Of a stretch of 44,163 bases of DNA, positions 19,346 through 29,045 are shown in pieces. Position numbers and translations under genes: made by a program. Under the pieces are notes generated by a model. The model saw nothing but the letters and a program-made list of their open reading frames with translations. It was not told the origin of the DNA and made no database searches. Numbering within the stretch: the stretch's first letter is position 1; each line of letters opens with the position of its first letter. Source of the DNA: a virus (Duplodnaviria; Caudoviricetes); the IMG/VR virus record IMGVR_UViG_3300005713_000007, positions 1 to 44,163 of that record, one strand, 5' to 3'.

Positions 19346-19866
19346 GTTCTTGTCACTCCGATAGCGAGCACTACACGCTTGACGGTGCTGGCAATATCAA
19401 CATGAACCTTAAGCCAATCCCCACGATTTATAGTTAAAATCCAACCTGTGAGGCCACTCTCGCTTTTTATAGCTGATGACAACGTAGGAGGCGCAGAAGC
19501 GGTTATGCTATTGGCGACAACAGGAGGATAGCTCGCATAATTAGACTTCCAGATATCGGCTTCAAAGTTTCCTGCGGCATCTGCCGTGAGTCTTGCGCTA
19601 GCGATCTGACAGTCAAAAGGTACTTCTAACCATTGTTCCGGTTCTGTGGCAGCGACTATAGCGTTAGCACCGTCACCTAAAGTAAATATAAATTCAGCGT
19701 ACTTTAAATTTACAGGTATAGGATTAACAGTAGCGGGATCTATAGCTACTATATGTGTGCCATCGGAGCCTAATAGCTGACCAGCGGGTAGATTAGTTTG
19801 GTGAATGCTATCGTCTATCCATTCGACGCGCGATAGTTCTGGACCCACATCCGCGTGTCTTACCAT
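19342..19866 (-). CDS. Short tail-fibre-like protein
   Basis: N-terminus resembles that of the long fibre; C-terminal beta-sandwich-like domain. Confidence 0.65.
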   Translation of the reverse strand: MVRHADVGPELSRVEWIDDSIHQTNLPAGQLLGSDGTHIVAIDPATVNPIPVNLKYAEFIFTLGDGANAIVAATEPEQWLEVPFDCQIASARLTADAAGNFEADIWKSNYASYPPVVANSITASAPPTLSSAIKSESGLTGWILTINRGDWLKVHVDIASTVKRVVLAIGVTRT

Positions 19867-21050
19867 TATGGTGCAATCTCACCGACGCCGCCCGCAGCAT
19901 ATCCAACGAACTGAAGCACAAATGAATTTCTGAATGTAGCATCAAGCTCGTAACTATTGGTTGTATCATTCGGCTGGAATTGAAGCTGAACTGTATCACC
20001 GGCAGCTAAATAAACCGGAGCGGGACCGACAACTAGTCGCGTAAAATTATACGGCCATGGACCGATCCCGTAAATAGTATCCGAACCCGAGGCAAGACCA
20101 ACATACGGAGATAGTAAGCTACCATTCTTACAGACTTTAATCACGCCACCGTTCGGTACACCGCCGGTGTCACCTATGTCTATGCCTATAGCAGCACTTA
20201 CCAAATACATACCTGTAATCGGCGCCACTAGTCTATTAAGAGATAATGCACCACCACCCTCAGAATCGAAAACAACAGTATCAAACTGAACGGTTTGCTC
20301 GGAAGATGGAGCGCCTACTGCTTGTACACTAGAATTTCTTACAGCCCGCATGGGTAACTTAAAAGACGTTAAGCCATCTATATTAAGACTAGGAGCAGCT
20401 ATTAAATTACCGAGACTAGTTATAAAACCCTGAGTATAAGTGCTGAGTAACAGCAGCGGCGCACTCGTCAGATTAGCCAACGCTGTAATTAGGTTTTTAG
20501 TGTACGTACTAAGAACAAGATTAGGTATATCTGTGACAGTGGGAAGCGAACCAGCTATTATATCGGCGATGTAAGGTACGTAAACTCTGTTATCCTGATT
20601 AACAGTTATCGTACCGGATGTGTTAATACTTATAGTAAAGAGTGGCAGATCCCACAGAATACCTTCTGTGTTAGTGATAGGAGGTATACTACCGCCGTCT
20701 ACACCGGCTATTCTCGTAAGCCTTGCGGTCTTAGCCGCCCAATCACAACGAACTACGATAACATCGTAGCGAGTGCTGGAACCCGAGCTAGGTACCGTTA
20801 TATTTACCGCTACTGTATTAACGTAGTGCCGACCGAATATCTGAGCACGTCCGGTGTTTATGGTCGCTAAGTTAGTACCGATACTTATGTTTAGCTCGTT
20901 TAGCTCGTCTTTGAACACGCCGCTTTTGTACGGTGCCGATCCTGCGCCGGATAGCATACGCAGTATAGCGACGAATTCATCGGAGCTATAAGGTGCTAGG
21001 GTGGCGTCACCCTCTGTAGTACCGTCCCAAAAGTAGCTTAATTCAGCCAT
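19866..21050 (-). CDS. Baseplate / minor tail protein with C1q/TNF-like C-terminal domain
   Basis: R.D.IV.R and W.LPL..I N-terminal patterns; FDT..FD, APITGMYLVSA, LAAGDTVQL. Confidence 0.7.
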   Translation of the reverse strand: MAELSYFWDGTTEGDATLAPYSSDEFVAILRMLSGAGSAPYKSGVFKDELNELNISIGTNLATINTGRAQIFGRHYVNTVAVNITVPSSGSSTRYDVIVVRCDWAAKTARLTRIAGVDGGSIPPITNTEGILWDLPLFTISINTSGTITVNQDNRVYVPYIADIIAGSLPTVTDIPNLVLSTYTKNLITALANLTSAPLLLLSTYTQGFITSLGNLIAAPSLNIDGLTSFKLPMRAVRNSSVQAVGAPSSEQTVQFDTVVFDSEGGGALSLNRLVAPITGMYLVSAAIGIDIGDTGGVPNGGVIKVCKNGSLLSPYVGLASGSDTIYGIGPWPYNFTRLVVGPAPVYLAAGDTVQLQFQPNDTTNSYELDATFRNSFVLQFVGYAAGGVGEIAP

Positions 21051-21989
21051 CTATATACCTATGAAACGTTCATGCCAGAACATTTCCACGTTGGTTTGTT
21101 CGCCGGGGAACGTCACACGGGCGTTAAACTCATTCTCACCCATCCTCAAGTGGAAGTCGTTGATATCGCTATCAGAAGTTAGGTACGGTATAAGATTAGT
21201 TCCGTCGTTCTTATGTGCTATCTTAGAACCATACGCTAAGTCTATAATAGCAGTCTCACCTTCTGCTAGCATAAACCCCCGCAGGTCTATTTTATGCCCT
21301 AAACTCTGATTTTCTATGACGACCCCGGTCATACGGCCGGTGAGCAAGAAGTTGGGGTATTCTATCCACGTTCCCTGATAATCAACAACAGCATGCGCCT
21401 CCCAATCATTAAACTGCACTATAGGAAAGATGAACGGAAATACTAACTGCGGAGGATCGCAGAAGTTGAACGGGAACGTATAAGTAAAACCTGCACAAAC
21501 TAACTGACCGAAGTTTACACTTTTTTCGTCAGGATCGAAATACAACGGATCGTTAGCTATAAACCTTAAGACTTCTTGTATATCCCACTCAGCCCATGCG
21601 TTAGGATCTCTAGGCTCGAAGCGTGGACCTTCTAAGATAGTCACTGTTAGATCACGCTTCGTACCGTTAGATAGTATCTTACGTAACGTAGCAGCGGGTC
21701 GGCTGGTTTCCACACGGTTAGGTCTGAAAGCGTTGAGTATATCCGCACGCGCTTGCCAGTATTCATCGCGCGAGCACGTACGTTCATGTATTAGAAGCTG
21801 CACCACACGCGGGCGCAGGAAATACCCTGTTACAGTTTCTCCATGCTGGTACGGTCCACGCTCTGTGATGTAATCTATGGGCGGCATGCCTGTGCCTTCT
21901 TCGGTCATAAGCACGCGCCGCTGAGCACTAGTCTCAAGGTAATACTTATAGCCATCTTGGCCTATAAATATATCACGTTCGCGTGGCAT
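21051..21989 (-). CDS. Distal tail protein (Dit)
   Basis: Directly follows tape measure; L.PR.V.L, F.A.DP.YF, F.YTFPF.F, L..GEN.F. Confidence 0.8.
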   Translation of the reverse strand: MPRERDIFIGQDGYKYYLETSAQRRVLMTEEGTGMPPIDYITERGPYQHGETVTGYFLRPRVVQLLIHERTCSRDEYWQARADILNAFRPNRVETSRPAATLRKILSNGTKRDLTVTILEGPRFEPRDPNAWAEWDIQEVLRFIANDPLYFDPDEKSVNFGQLVCAGFTYTFPFNFCDPPQLVFPFIFPIVQFNDWEAHAVVDYQGTWIEYPNFLLTGRMTGVVIENQSLGHKIDLRGFMLAEGETAIIDLAYGSKIAHKNDGTNLIPYLTSDSDINDFHLRMGENEFNARVTFPGEQTNVEMFWHERFIGI

Positions 21990-24900
21990 CTATCGCCTCG
22001 TCATAACGAGTAACATCCGCATATCATCGGTTAGCTGTGTCGGCGTCTGTACCTCAGAGTAGTGAGGATCTATATCGAACGTGTTAGTGTAATTATAAGT
22101 AACTGTATGCTGACGCATAACCGTGTTCTCGCGTGCAGCTATAGCTTCCAAACGCCTAGCTTGTGCTATGGTTAGCACACGCTCACCACCGTGTGCCAGG
22201 ATAAGCTTAGGCTGTCCCACCCAACCAGGAACTATGCCGCCCCGCTGCATAACAGGTACGTTACTTCCACCACCGCCGGTATCAGGTGCGCCCTGATCCG
22301 AGCTTTGGAACACATCTTTATGAATGGTGGTAATAGTAATCGTAGGATTCTTATCTATGCTATCGATAGCTTTAGCAGCTAGTTCAGCAGCACCGGCGAG
22401 ACGTTCGAATTCTAGACGGTTCTCCATGATCTTAGCTACTTGTTCATCCCACATCTTAAGGCGCTTAGCAACTTCGCCAGCTTCTTCCAAGCTGAACGCC
22501 TTAGAATTCTTGAGGGATTCTATATAGCCCATGATAAGCTCTTGAAACATATCAGCTTGCTTCTGACGTGTTTCTTCAAGAGCGGCCTTACGTAGCTCCT
22601 CCTGTATAATCATTCCCTGGATTTCTATCTTACGTTCCTCGAATTCCAGGGATGCCTGAGCGCGCAGGAAGTTTACTTCTTCTGTGATACGCTCTATGGC
22701 TTTGCGGTTTTCTTCTAGAGGTTCTAACTGATCTTCAAGAGCACGTTTTTCTATCTCTAAATGCTGTACAACAAGCTGATTACGCAGCTTTTCCGCATCT
22801 ACTTCTCGGTCGATGGCAGCTATCTTATCTTGCATAGGCTTCATGAGCTTCTCTATGGCATCACGTTGCTCATCAAGCCCGAGTTTAGTTATATCATCTA
22901 ATATCTTTTGACGCTCTGTAGTACGATCTATAGCCTCTATACGCTTGGTAAGCGGATCTAGCATTTCTTCTAGAGCTACCTTCTGTAACTCTAGTTCTAT
23001 ACTTGCTAGCTCGGTCTGCTGATTATTAGCCTCTTGCTCGTCTTGGATGCCCTTGAGCTTCTTCTGAGCATCTTCTAGAGTCTTATTTATGTCTGTGCGC
23101 TGCTTTTCTAGACGCAGAATATCGGGTATATTAAACTTAGACCATGCCTCATCGAGTGCAGTAGATACGTCGTCGGCCTGCTTCTGGATATTATTAACAT
23201 CAATCTGAGCATGGATCTCCGAACGACGGCTCATAAGCTGAGCGCGCTTATCTACTAATTTGTTTATATGTTCTTCTATGTCTGCTATTTGATTCTTAAC
23301 ATCTAGACTCTGCAGATTAAGATCTAGAACTTCGCGTTCTTGAGCGAAATTACGTTGATTTAACCTAGCTTCTTGCTCATCTAAGTTAACCAACCGTGCC
23401 TTAAGAGGTATAAGCGCTATCTCAGCTTCGGTGCGCTGGATAGCAAGCTGTAAGTTTTCTTCTTGGAGCTTGCTTATCCGACGGTCTATCTTCTCGATAG
23501 CGTCTTTAATAGGCCACTCTTGGCGGTCTATAACAAGCTGCTGGAACTTAAGACCGAGTAGCTGCTTATCGAAGCCTATAGTAGCCTGAGCCTGCTCAAG
23601 CTCTACTTTATGTTGCTGTGCGCCAAGCTCGGTAAGTCTGCGCTCGGACTGTATAAGCGCTAGGTCGGTCTGCAATATATCACGCTTGACTAGTTGTAGC
23701 TGAAGAAGTTGATCTTTAGTCGCCCGTACGGCACCGACCATAGGTGCAAGGCGCTCGGGGAAGTCCTTGGCTATGGTAGCAAGGAAGTCAACTAACTCTT
23801 TGGTGATACCCGGAATATCGGATAGCAGCGCCATTATCTGCGCGCGTATTTCAGCTAGGGTATCTTTAGCTTCCTTATGGCCTTTACCGGGTGGTATATC
23901 AAGCGGCGCGCCTGTATCTTCTACAGTAGGACCACCGGGAGGCCTCCCCTTAGTCGGCGCCTCCTGCGCCTTCTTTATGTTCTCTTGTGCCTTCTTCATG
24001 AAGGCAGCAACATCTTCAGCTAGTTTAGCCTGACGTTCTGCCACACGCCTAGTAAAGTCGGTGTAAATACCTGCTATAGTAGTGCCAGCAGTTCTGATAG
24101 CATTAGCGCCAGCCTGTATAGTCCGCTGCCAGGTTTGGTCTAACAGATTAGAGGAATCTATGGCAGCAGTAGCTATAGCCTTACCGGCACCTATAACAGA
24201 ATCCGCAGCAGCCTGGGCGGCGTTAGCCCCACTCTCTATAGCTTGTCCTATAGCTTGGAATGCCGGTATATCTAGTCCCGAAAGAGCGGTAGCAAGACCG
24301 CGTATGATGTTAATTATGTCATTGACGCGATCTTTAACGAACTGAACTACGTTATTCCAGGCATCGGAGAAGAACTTATTAAAGTTGTTCTGTCCTTCTT
24401 CTACAGCGTTGAATCCGGGAAGAATACTAGTTATTATCTCAATCAAGCCCTTTATAGCAACGGCACTAAAGTCTAAGAGTCCCTGCCACAAATCCTTGAC
24501 TGTGTTAATAACACCACTGGACATTTGATCGAAGAAGTTTATAACGTTCTTAACGAAGTCTATTTCTAGATCTATGATTTGACCGAAAACCGTACTGAAT
24601 GCGTTTACAACAGTGTCTAAAGCCGAGCTAATAGCCGCATTTACGTCACCTAAATTTATGGACGTAAACATACTACCTATTAGCTTACCGAAGCCTTGCA
24701 GTCTCTCGCTCGTCAGGCCAAGTGCCTCGCCAACACTGTCACGCCATGACTCAAACTGCTTAGCTAATCCTACAAGTAGCTCAGATACCATTTCTACGCC
24801 GACTGAGAATCCCACCATTATTTGTGACCAGCCGGCCGCAAAACCAATTATAACATCACCGAGTCCCTTCCAAGGTACGATAGCGCCAGTTATCTTTAAG

Positions 24901-26405
24901 AAAGTATCGACAGTCGTTCCTACTATATTGCCTATAGATATTAAACCAGGCCCTAAGGAGGTCGCTAACTGCGCTGCAAACGCATTAGTTCCATTTAGAA
25001 TATCGTTTATAGCCTTGCCGAAGTTGGTAAATGGCGTTAAATCTATACTCTGGAATAATTGATTAAAGGTCGTAGCTATACCTACTAAGCTACGCTCAAA
25101 CTCCGAACCTATAGCAAGACCAGCAGCGGCAAATTGTGCGCCTAATATCTCTAATTGCTTGCCTAAGTTTTGGTTCAATGTGTTTGCTAAGTCTTCAGCG
25201 CTCTCTTTTTGATGAGCGTAAGCTTCATCTAGCTTATCCATACCCGCAGTAGATAAGACGATGGCGGATAGGACACTACGCTCACCGAACAACGTAGCGA
25301 TAGCTCGATCGCGCGTGGCTTTAGTGAGTTTACCTTCGCTTATAGCTTGATCGCCGAAAGCGTTGTGTAACTGCTGTACAAGCTCCCGCGCGGTAACGTT
25401 CTCACCATTAGCTTTATGTAAGCTAATCTGATATTTTTCCATGATGTCTCTTGCTGCCGCTGTGGGATGCAGCAAGGAAAGCATGGCATTACGCATAGAA
25501 GTGCCTGCTAAAGATCCTCGCAGGCCAGCGTTGTTTAAGACCTCAAGTATAGCACCTGTATCTTGGGCGGTGAAGCCCAACAAGCCCATGACAGGAGCTA
25601 GTGTCTTAAATTGCGTCTGAAAGTCGCTAAACGTCGCGGTTGAGTGCTGAACACCCGCCGTTAGGATATTCACAGTATCGGCGGCCGTTAAACCGCTCTT
25701 AGAAAAGGTGTTCATAACTTGGGTGACAAGCTGCGCGCCCTCAGCCGTGGTTATCTCACCTTGAGATACCTGATTAAGTATAACAACTTGCTTCTCCAAA
25801 GAAGCATTAACCTGCTCTATAGGAGCGCCTGCTTTGATGAGTTCTCGACCGGCTGTAGCCGCATCAGCAGCAGTTATACCAAACTGCCTAGATAAACCTA
25901 TGCTAGTCTCTGTTATAGCAGCTACTTGTTGCTGAGTCGCACCACCGAACGCACGTATAGCGTTCGTAACTTCCCCTAGCTCTGCGGCGCTCTGTACTAC
26001 TTTACCTATAGCCGTAGCTAAACCTAAAGCTGCCGCCGTAGCTGCAGTTAACTGTATAGGCAAGCCCGCGAATACGCGCAAACCACCTAAATTACCGCCA
26101 GCAAACACGCCAGAACGAAAAGCACCAGCGCCAGCACCGGCGCCTTGTTGTGCAGCTATAGCTTGCCTTCCGGCGCGTAAAGCCGCAGCGGAAGCCCTAG
26201 AAGGGGTGGGCCTCGCAGCAGTGCCGGCTCTAAGCTGCTGAAGTACGTCGGGAAACTTAGCGCCGGTTTCAGCTACCTGCTGAATAGCTTTATCAAGCTG
26301 CCCTAAGGCAGCCGTGGTTTTCTTAGAGTCGGCGACGAACTTCTCTACGCCGGTAAGACGTACGCGACCACCGATTAATCTATCGTTTGGAGTGTCTGCG
26401 GCCAC
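21990..26405 (-). CDS. Tape measure protein
   Basis: 1471 aa, Ala-rich helical; TP901-like G..GS.AGT..R core; C-terminal GG.VPG...AHGGE.VL. Confidence 0.92.
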   Translation of the reverse strand: MAADTPNDRLIGGRVRLTGVEKFVADSKKTTAALGQLDKAIQQVAETGAKFPDVLQQLRAGTAARPTPSRASAAALRAGRQAIAAQQGAGAGAGAFRSGVFAGGNLGGLRVFAGLPIQLTAATAAALGLATAIGKVVQSAAELGEVTNAIRAFGGATQQQVAAITETSIGLSRQFGITAADAATAGRELIKAGAPIEQVNASLEKQVVILNQVSQGEITTAEGAQLVTQVMNTFSKSGLTAADTVNILTAGVQHSTATFSDFQTQFKTLAPVMGLLGFTAQDTGAILEVLNNAGLRGSLAGTSMRNAMLSLLHPTAAARDIMEKYQISLHKANGENVTARELVQQLHNAFGDQAISEGKLTKATRDRAIATLFGERSVLSAIVLSTAGMDKLDEAYAHQKESAEDLANTLNQNLGKQLEILGAQFAAAGLAIGSEFERSLVGIATTFNQLFQSIDLTPFTNFGKAINDILNGTNAFAAQLATSLGPGLISIGNIVGTTVDTFLKITGAIVPWKGLGDVIIGFAAGWSQIMVGFSVGVEMVSELLVGLAKQFESWRDSVGEALGLTSERLQGFGKLIGSMFTSINLGDVNAAISSALDTVVNAFSTVFGQIIDLEIDFVKNVINFFDQMSSGVINTVKDLWQGLLDFSAVAIKGLIEIITSILPGFNAVEEGQNNFNKFFSDAWNNVVQFVKDRVNDIINIIRGLATALSGLDIPAFQAIGQAIESGANAAQAAADSVIGAGKAIATAAIDSSNLLDQTWQRTIQAGANAIRTAGTTIAGIYTDFTRRVAERQAKLAEDVAAFMKKAQENIKKAQEAPTKGRPPGGPTVEDTGAPLDIPPGKGHKEAKDTLAEIRAQIMALLSDIPGITKELVDFLATIAKDFPERLAPMVGAVRATKDQLLQLQLVKRDILQTDLALIQSERRLTELGAQQHKVELEQAQATIGFDKQLLGLKFQQLVIDRQEWPIKDAIEKIDRRISKLQEENLQLAIQRTEAEIALIPLKARLVNLDEQEARLNQRNFAQEREVLDLNLQSLDVKNQIADIEEHINKLVDKRAQLMSRRSEIHAQIDVNNIQKQADDVSTALDEAWSKFNIPDILRLEKQRTDINKTLEDAQKKLKGIQDEQEANNQQTELASIELELQKVALEEMLDPLTKRIEAIDRTTERQKILDDITKLGLDEQRDAIEKLMKPMQDKIAAIDREVDAEKLRNQLVVQHLEIEKRALEDQLEPLEENRKAIERITEEVNFLRAQASLEFEERKIEIQGMIIQEELRKAALEETRQKQADMFQELIMGYIESLKNSKAFSLEEAGEVAKRLKMWDEQVAKIMENRLEFERLAGAAELAAKAIDSIDKNPTITITTIHKDVFQSSDQGAPDTGGGGSNVPVMQRGGIVPGWVGQPKLILAHGGERVLTIAQARRLEAIAARENTVMRQHTVTYNYTNTFDIDPHYSEVQTPTQLTDDMRMLLVMTRR

Positions 26406-26664
26406 GGCGTTCGCTTTCCTTATCCGCTGCGTCGCTCACGTGAGCTTCGATAAGGTTATGAATTCTATACTGCGCTACGCAGAAAGCACGCTCTATAGAA
26501 TCTAGCTCCAGCCATTGCATATAGTTATAGTTGCAGAAAGTACAAGCTTCACGCGACTCGTACTCGCTAACTATACCTGGAAGGCTATCTACAGTTATAC
26601 CGGAGTTAACTTTCTGCTTCAGAAAGTGTTCCCTGATCGGTACTCCGTTCCTCATCACCTGGAA
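26380..26664 (-). CDS. Tail assembly chaperone C-terminal (GT) extension, reached by +1 frameshift
   Basis: Overlaps the TAC 3' end in the +1 frame; frame opens after a TAG a few codons upstream of the TTT-C site; lies between TAC and TMP. Confidence 0.65.
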   Translation of the reverse strand, partial: FQVMRNGVPIREHFLKQKVNSGITVDSLPGIVSEYESREACTFCNYNYMQWLELDSIERAFCVAQYRIHNLIEAHVSDAADKESERRGRRHSKR

Positions 26665-27238
26665 ACTGTTCGACCGCTTCGTCTACCTCAGCTTCCATAG
26701 TAACGCCGTTGAATATCTGAACTGCACGTACTAGATCGGTTAGCTCATCCTCACCTAGCAGGTACCAACGCACCCATGCCACGTACCTGTTGTATTTCCC
26801 TGTGGGCACCGTCAAACCCGCTACCGCTACACGCTCAACCCAATCGTCGTCGTCCAGCAGGCTTATGTCATCAGGCGCATCTTGCAGCGCCGTACCCAAC
26901 GCTAGAGTTGTGTTGATGTAAGTCACACTGCGCTGATATTGCGCTTCCCGTAGTGCTGCACGGTACGTGGGATCTAAGATGTTAGGCTCGCTACGCTGCT
27001 TTTCTTCTATAAAAGTCGTAGGAGGTTCGGGATCTTTGATGAGATTACCAGCGTCAACTAGAACCATACGAGCCATCTTAAGCAGTCTAAAGTTTAGCCC
27101 TGGCCTATCTTTGCTACGCCAAATATTAGACTGCTTAGCAGCCGCTGAATGCTTGGCAGCTACTTCTTCTATGATCGCATCGATGTTAGGGTTGGGCGGC
27201 AGTTTTGCTGCCGCCCTCGTGTTCTTACTATCAAGCAT
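26606..27238 (-). CDS. Tail assembly chaperone (gpG-like)
   Basis: Position between tail tube and TMP with an overlapping downstream ORF. Confidence 0.7.
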   Translation of the reverse strand: MLDSKNTRAAAKLPPNPNIDAIIEEVAAKHSAAAKQSNIWRSKDRPGLNFRLLKMARMVLVDAGNLIKDPEPPTTFIEEKQRSEPNILDPTYRAALREAQYQRSVTYINTTLALGTALQDAPDDISLLDDDDWVERVAVAGLTVPTGKYNRYVAWVRWYLLGEDELTDLVRAVQIFNGVTMEAEVDEAVEQFPGDEERSTDQGTLSEAES

Positions 27239-27244
27239 AAATTA

Positions 27245-28756
27245 TTAGCCGCCTACTCCCTTAGCTAGCATTCCGTCTACGCCGCCCGGCGCTTGACCGG
27301 CCGCCCATACGGTATTAGCGTCAGCGCAGACCGCGATCTTGTTAAGCTTAGGATTAGTCGGGAATGTCAGTCCAGCACGTTCAGGCAGCACGTACCACGA
27401 GTTACCACCGTCGATGGTACGCAAAAGCCTACCCTGATTAGGTGTGCTTCCTGTGAAGTTATAGGCCATGTAACCAACGTTGCGAGAGAAGAAACGAATG
27501 TCAGCTACGACGCCGTTAGCGCGACCAGGGAAAGCCTTCTCCGACCAATGCGCCCCGTAATCCTCTGTGTAGTATAGTCTGCCCGTAGCTGTACCGACTA
27601 GCCATGTACGCGCGTCAACAACGTACACGCTAGTGAGGTTAACACCAGGAGCAGGCCCACTAACTAGACCCCACGACTTACCGTCAGCCGTGTAAAGAAC
27701 CGTGTTAGCCTCACCCACAGCCACAGCACGCAATTCGTCCATGCTATGAATAGCGAGCAGGTTCTGTGTAGTAGCTGCGCCTGCGTCCTGCACCTCAACG
27801 CCGGACGCGGGATCTTCGCTGAAGTAGATATAACCGCCTTGGCCCACAATCCAAGTGTGGATACTGCTAACACTATGCATAGCATTAGGGCCTTTAGAAG
27901 CCACAAAGCCGGTGGACATTTCCACCCAGGACGGCGTACCTAGCAGCAGATCACTAATGTGCGTAACATGCAGGCTATCCGATACCTGGCTAGCTACGAT
28001 TAAGTCACTACCAACACATTCTGCATCGGTAGGTTGCTCACCGGCTCCCAGCGTAGTGATATCCGTACGACCCCATGTCGCGCCCGCATCTGCGGTATAA
28101 AGCACAGTTGGTAATATACCGGGGCTTGCGCCACTACCACGCGAGATTGCAAAGACGATGTTGCATCCGTCGCTTTCGACACCGCATTCCCCGCAGGCTT
28201 CTGTGTCGCAGATTTCAACGTCAACGACCTCTGCATTGATGAGGTTATCGGCACGACGACTGAACACCAGCGGGACGATTTCGTACGCATTCTCACCGCT
28301 GATAGGCACTTCTTCGTTGACAACCGAGTTTTCACCTGGCTCCAACGCACCTAGATCGGTGGTCCCGTAGGTTACGACACGCGCACTTTCAAGCAGTAGG
28401 ATCTTATCCCAACCGCGATTAAAGTCTCGTGGGTCTTGGCACTCACCCATGTGAATCTGAATATCGAAGTCGCAGCGTCGGCGTGCAAGCTTGAAAAACC
28501 TGCTTAGATCGGTAGTGTAGCGCGCTGTGATCGTAATCTCCGGGTTACCTTCCTCACCGACGACCTTACCAACTACGAGAAACTTACCGTAGCGATCAGG
28601 ATCGGGTTTTCGGATTAGCGTAACGTCGCCTTGGCCCCAACTTAACGCACCGGCGCGCATTAAACCTTCGTATGCTGGCGTTAAGCTGGGGCGCGCTTTG
28701 CCTTCGGTTAAGAATATACGCGAGTAGCCGGCTAACTGATGGTCACGCAGCGCCAT
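27245..28756 (-). CDS. Putative major tail (tube) protein fused to Asp-box/BNR beta-propeller
   Basis: Tail-tube position; ~160-aa beta-rich N-domain, then YTADAGATW, YTADGKSW, YTEDYGAHW, RTIDGGNSW repeats. Confidence 0.65.
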   Translation of the reverse strand: MALRDHQLAGYSRIFLTEGKARPSLTPAYEGLMRAGALSWGQGDVTLIRKPDPDRYGKFLVVGKVVGEEGNPEITITARYTTDLSRFFKLARRRCDFDIQIHMGECQDPRDFNRGWDKILLLESARVVTYGTTDLGALEPGENSVVNEEVPISGENAYEIVPLVFSRRADNLINAEVVDVEICDTEACGECGVESDGCNIVFAISRGSGASPGILPTVLYTADAGATWGRTDITTLGAGEQPTDAECVGSDLIVASQVSDSLHVTHISDLLLGTPSWVEMSTGFVASKGPNAMHSVSSIHTWIVGQGGYIYFSEDPASGVEVQDAGAATTQNLLAIHSMDELRAVAVGEANTVLYTADGKSWGLVSGPAPGVNLTSVYVVDARTWLVGTATGRLYYTEDYGAHWSEKAFPGRANGVVADIRFFSRNVGYMAYNFTGSTPNQGRLLRTIDGGNSWYVLPERAGLTFPTNPKLNKIAVCADANTVWAAGQAPGGVDGMLAKGVGG

Positions 28757-28757
28757 T

Positions 28758-29045
28758 CTAACCCACTCCGTATAGACTTAAGATTTGGTTCGCGTCTATC
28801 TTAAGTGCAGCCTGCAACGCGCTCGTAATCTCGTTGTGCCGACGCAGTACATCTTGTTTTGTAAGCAGCCTCCTATGGTATAGCTCGTTGTTCAGCCGCA
28901 CCTTTTGGTCTAGAGTTAAATCTAGCCCATCCAAACCCGGCGGTCCTAACCTTACACCTAGTTCAGCATGTTCCTGTGGAGCATTATCAGGAATAAGTAC
29001 ACGATATAGGAAACCTTGATCGTCCTTGTATTCTACTTCACGCAT
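28758..29045 (-). CDS. Hypothetical protein
   Basis: Overlaps adaptor stop; packed. Confidence 0.65.
   Translation of the reverse strand: MREVEYKDDQGFLYRVLIPDNAPQEHAELGVRLGPPGLDGLDLTLDQKVRLNNELYHRRLLTKQDVLRRHNEITSALQAALKIDANQILSLYGVG

Noticed and set aside
14579-21050. Diversity-generating retroelement or invertible fibre cassette
   Set aside because: No reverse transcriptase, invertase or near-identical TR/VR DNA repeat seen; fibre repeats are diverged at DNA level
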